Origin: Candidatus Aenigmatarchaeota archaeon
Lineage (GTDB): Archaea; Aenigmatarchaeota; Aenigmatarchaeia; CG10238-14
Direction of reading: 5' to 3'
DNA: 64,000 nucleotides
Assembly: GCA_030018415.1 (NCBI GenBank)
Contig: JASEGC010000004.1
Span: forward strand, 10,470-74,469
Part shown: positions 60,557 to 64,000 of the stretch, piece after piece
Position numbering within the stretch: position 1 is the stretch's first letter
Layout: every line of letters starts with the position of its first letter
The notes under the pieces: model-generated
What the model was told of the DNA's origin: nothing
The model's database searches: none
The model's input: the letters and a program-made list of their open reading frames with translations, nothing else
Made by a program: the position numbers and the translations under genes

Positions 60557-61858
60557 CTATTTCATAACATTCTTTAATTTAATTACAGCATTCTTTCCAG
60601 ATAGTATTGCTTTATCCATGTTGAGATATTCCCACTCACCAAACCTACCTACTGGTATTATATTTTTCTCTTTTAGGAATTTATGGATTATTTCAACATT
60701 TTTTTTGTGTTTTAAATCATGGATGACATAGGCATATCTAAAATAAGAAGCATCACAAACATCTATTTCATCATTTTCCTTCAAAATATCAGCATCGATT
60801 AAACCATTTATAACTCGCTCTTTTATTCCCTCTAGATCAATCCTGCTATTTTTCTCATACGTTATTTCTACGAGTATCGAACTTTTACCTTTCGGTGTTG
60901 TAAACCTAGAAAAATTCATAGGAAAGCTAATGCGGTTGAAAATAATTTTTTTTTCAGGGAAATAAACCCAGTGCTTGTCCGAAATTCCAGCTCTTTTTAT
61001 GCCAATGTTAATGCAAACTAAAGAATTATGAACTAAAGCTTCAGATACTTTAATAACCTCTTCCGAGGCATCATCAAACATCTTTATGATATCAGGTAAT
61101 GGTAAAGTTGATACAACATGCTTTACATTCATTTTTTTGGTTTTTTTATCTTTTTCGTATCCTATCTCCACCTCGTCTTTTTTGTGTTTAATTCGAGTAA
61201 CTTTCGAGTTTAAAGACAAACGTAATTTATTTGAAAAAGCTTTCACTATAGCTCCCATTCCTCCAACCTTTGGGTATAAAAATTGAGCATTAGGACCGAA
61301 TTCCTTATCTTGTTGCCCAGAAGCACCTTTTTTTATTTCTTCTACTGTCGGTGCAGGGACTCTACCAGAAATCCAGTCTAAACTAATCTCTGACAAATCA
61401 TACTTCCACATCTTCTCGTTGTAGGGAATGAGATAATGTTCTGCAATACCCCTTCCAAAAGTAGCATAAATCCATTCTTTAAAATTTTTAGGTTCTTTAT
61501 CATCTCTATTCAACATACTGTCAATACATTCTGATATCACATCTCCTGGCAGAACACTCAAATTTGCCTCAAAAGGGTATTTTACGTAAACATTGTTCAA
61601 GTAAATGTACGCTCTTCTATCTTGTTGAATCAAATTATTTCCGAGTAGTTTGTTAATGAGTGATAAAACATATTCATTTTGCGTGAAAAAAACATGTGGT
61701 GCGTAATCAAAAGTGTAACCTTTGATTTGAGTGCTTCTACACAAGCCACCTGCTTGATTCTCTTTCTCTAGGATCAAATAGTTATTGCCATTCAAATGAT
61801 ATGCAGCACTTAACCCAGCTAATCCACCACCGAGTATGGCTATCATCATATGATTCAT
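60557..61858 (-). CDS. FAD-dependent oxidoreductase (HemY/UDP-galactopyranose mutase-like)
   Basis: GGGLAGL, GGLCRS, FDYAPH, PYNEKMW, GRFGEWEYLNMD. Confidence 0.85.
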   Translation of the reverse strand: MNHMMIAILGGGLAGLSAAYHLNGNNYLILEKENQAGGLCRSTQIKGYTFDYAPHVFFTQNEYVLSLINKLLGNNLIQQDRRAYIYLNNVYVKYPFEANLSVLPGDVISECIDSMLNRDDKEPKNFKEWIYATFGRGIAEHYLIPYNEKMWKYDLSEISLDWISGRVPAPTVEEIKKGASGQQDKEFGPNAQFLYPKVGGMGAIVKAFSNKLRLSLNSKVTRIKHKKDEVEIGYEKDKKTKKMNVKHVVSTLPLPDIIKMFDDASEEVIKVSEALVHNSLVCINIGIKRAGISDKHWVYFPEKKIIFNRISFPMNFSRFTTPKGKSSILVEITYEKNSRIDLEGIKERVINGLIDADILKENDEIDVCDASYFRYAYVIHDLKHKKNVEIIHKFLKEKNIIPVGRFGEWEYLNMDKAILSGKNAVIKLKNVMK

Positions 61859-61873
61859 CTGAAAGATTCAAAA

Positions 61874-62563
61874 TCATCGGATTGCTTTATAATTTTTAAA
61901 ACCTTTTCCTGTCAATTTGTAATAGAAGAAAAAAGCAATCCAATAGATTGTCCAATAAGCACTGCTTTTTTCAAATCTTCTCATGTCAGTCAAAGCAAAT
62001 GTATCAGTACAAAATACACTTTTGCCGACCTTGCTTATCCTCTGAGTGAAATCAATATCATCACCTGCACTCAAGTCTTCTCGAAAACCGTTGATCTTAT
62101 CAAAAGCAGATTTACGAACCATGATACATGCTCCACAGAAAATAGGTCTTTTATACTTGTTTAATGTTTTTGGTATGAACTCCCATCCAATTTTCGTGAG
62201 TACATAGTGTTTGAACTTCATTTGTAGAGGGTATAGGGGTAGAGAGGCAATAACAACTCTTTTTTTGTTAAATTCTTTAGAGAGTTTTTCTATCACATTT
62301 GGCAATAAAAGTGTATCGGCATCGAGGAACAATAACAATTCAGAACTAGCTTTAGAAGCTCCAATATTCCTTGCTTGAGCAATGTTTGATTTTGATTTAA
62401 TGACTTTTGCATATTTTCTTGCTATCTCCACTGTTCTATCTTTGCTGAAGTTATCCACAACCAAAATTTCCTTGGGGGATTTTGTTTGTGACCTAACTGC
62501 CAATAAAGTAGTTTCGATGCTTTTTCCCTCATTGTAAGTTGGTATGATTACTGAGACATCCAT
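61874..62563 (-). CDS. Glycosyltransferase family 2
   Basis: SVIIPTYNE, VVDNFS.D, ARNIG, FLDAD. Confidence 0.92.
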   Translation of the reverse strand: MDVSVIIPTYNEGKSIETTLLAVRSQTKSPKEILVVDNFSKDRTVEIARKYAKVIKSKSNIAQARNIGASKASSELLLFLDADTLLLPNVIEKLSKEFNKKRVVIASLPLYPLQMKFKHYVLTKIGWEFIPKTLNKYKRPIFCGACIMVRKSAFDKINGFREDLSAGDDIDFTQRISKVGKSVFCTDTFALTDMRRFEKSSAYWTIYWIAFFFYYKLTGKGFKNYKAIR

Positions 62564-62647
62564 GTTATATTCATTTAGTATAAATAATTTAAAAACTCAT
62601 ATTCTTTTAAACTAACACTTATTAACGTGTCGGTATACCATATCTCT

Positions 62648-63020
62648 ATGTTAATCGAATTACTAGATGAGAAAATCTTTTTTCCATTACGATTTAAATG
62701 GTTAACTGAAATTTTGAAGCCCCTTTTGAAAGATTCAAAAAATATTAGATATTGGTACGTCTTGTGGAAGATTAGCTTACATTCTGTTAAAACATGCTGA
62801 CTATATTGGCAACAAGCCGTATGGCATTACCATATAACTTTAAGAACCCAAACAATGGAATAGATTATTTAATCAAAATAATCTCAAACTCCTCTTAATG
62901 AAAAAATTCAGGTTTGTTTGATTTTTTGTACTTTGCGATTACATTTGATGGATATTAACCAGATTATGGATGTTGGGTTGTTTGTTATTATCTACTTTAG
63001 TGAGTACCTTTTTGGCATGA
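62648..63020 (+). pseudogene. Degraded SAM-dependent methyltransferase
   Basis: KILDIGTSCGRLAY fragment among frameshifts and stops. Confidence 0.5.
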
Positions 63021-63052
63021 ATTATTTAAACTTGTGATAATGAAAATCTGTC

Positions 63053-64000
63053 ATGAAAATCAATTTTCTTGTGGAAAATTTTGGATATTTTAAGTACTTA
63101 GGTAGTTATACTGCGAGTGTAAATCTTGCTAATGCTTTAAAAAAAAGAGGGATTGATGTTCAGTTTAACACAAGTAATCAAGGATTCGATATAGTTCATG
63201 CTCATACTTTTGGTCCGTTAGTCTTAAAGAGATTTATAGGTAGAAAGGAGGTTTTTGTTCTAACCGCTCATTCCATACCCTCTGTTAATGTAGGAAATGT
63301 AATCGGAGGACAAAAACTATGGAATTTTGTTTATCGAAAAATTTACAATCTTTTCGACCATATAATTGCTCCTACTAATTTTTCAAAAAATGAATTGGAA
63401 TCCATGGGGATACATAAGGAAATTACAGTGATTCCTAACCTTATCTACTCAGAAAATTTTAGATTCGATGAAGAAAAAAGGCAAAGATTCAGAAATTCGA
63501 ATAGTATAAGTGATGACGATATTTTAGTTTTGATGGTTGGCCAAAAAACACCAAGAAAGGGTGTCTACGATTTCATAGAGATTGCAAAAAATCTTCCTGA
63601 GTTTAAGTTTATTTGGGTTGGAGGTATACCATATAAATACTTCTCATCAGATTACAACAGAATTAGAAGAGTAACTAATCGAAAAACAAATAACCTTAAG
63701 TTCCTTGGTTTTGTGAAAGATATAACAGAAGCTTATTGTGGAGCTGATATTTTTCTCTTTCCTTCTTATGCAGAAATTTTCAGTTTGGTACCGTTGGAAG
63801 CTAGTTCTATCGGTTTACCTATATTGATGAGAAAACTTAAAGTATATGAAGAGGTTTATGGAAATTTGCCAGCTTATTGTTCTAACATTACAGAATTTAT
63901 TCAGACTTTAAAACAACTTGAGAATGAGAATACCAGAAAAAAATTGGCAAAATCCTGCAAAAAAATCTCTATAAAGTATTCAGACAACAATGTTGTTGGA
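63053..64000 (+). CDS. Glycosyltransferase family 4 (3' end outside window)
   Basis: DIVHAHT, VGQ..PRKG, FLFPSYAEIFSLVPLEA; open to window end. Confidence 0.9.
   Translation, partial: MKINFLVENFGYFKYLGSYTASVNLANALKKRGIDVQFNTSNQGFDIVHAHTFGPLVLKRFIGRKEVFVLTAHSIPSVNVGNVIGGQKLWNFVYRKIYNLFDHIIAPTNFSKNELESMGIHKEITVIPNLIYSENFRFDEEKRQRFRNSNSISDDDILVLMVGQKTPRKGVYDFIEIAKNLPEFKFIWVGGIPYKYFSSDYNRIRRVTNRKTNNLKFLGFVKDITEAYCGADIFLFPSYAEIFSLVPLEASSIGLPILMRKLKVYEEVYGNLPAYCSNITEFIQTLKQLENENTRKKLAKSCKKISIKYSDNNVVG

Noticed and set aside
1..64000. CRISPR array, rRNA, transposase or integrase
   Set aside because: No regularly spaced repeats, long GC-rich RNA genes or recombinase motifs were seen by eye

Overview
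A 64-kb, AT-rich archaeal chromosome segment. It has archaeal-type LeuS/ValS/PheS/PheT, aRF1, TrpB2, the HMGCS-thiolase-DUF35 operon, GGAGGTGA-type RBSs and TATA promoters. The gene mix (many small membrane/Yip1 proteins, a giant surface protein fused to a HerA-like ATPase) suggests a DPANN lineage such as Aenigmarchaeota; that assignment is inference. Most genes are housekeeping or metabolic, with two tRNAs, a VapBC pair and several decayed pseudogenes. Main observations: (1) a 31-nt stop-containing insertion in the conserved YPITPQ|THIVE motif of porA folds as a bulge-helix-bulge/loop, and canonical cleavage restores the frame exactly, making it a candidate tRNA-type intron in a protein-coding mRNA; a 15-nt D-loop intron in tRNA-Arg(UCU) has the same geometry. 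(2) A decayed free-standing LAGLIDADG endonuclease gene lies between two divergent copies of the last 28 codons of pheS. (3) The aRF1 gene has an RBS followed by ATT-TAA, with the coding frame at +1. (4) Several genes have an RBS pointing to ATA/ATC rather than ATG.
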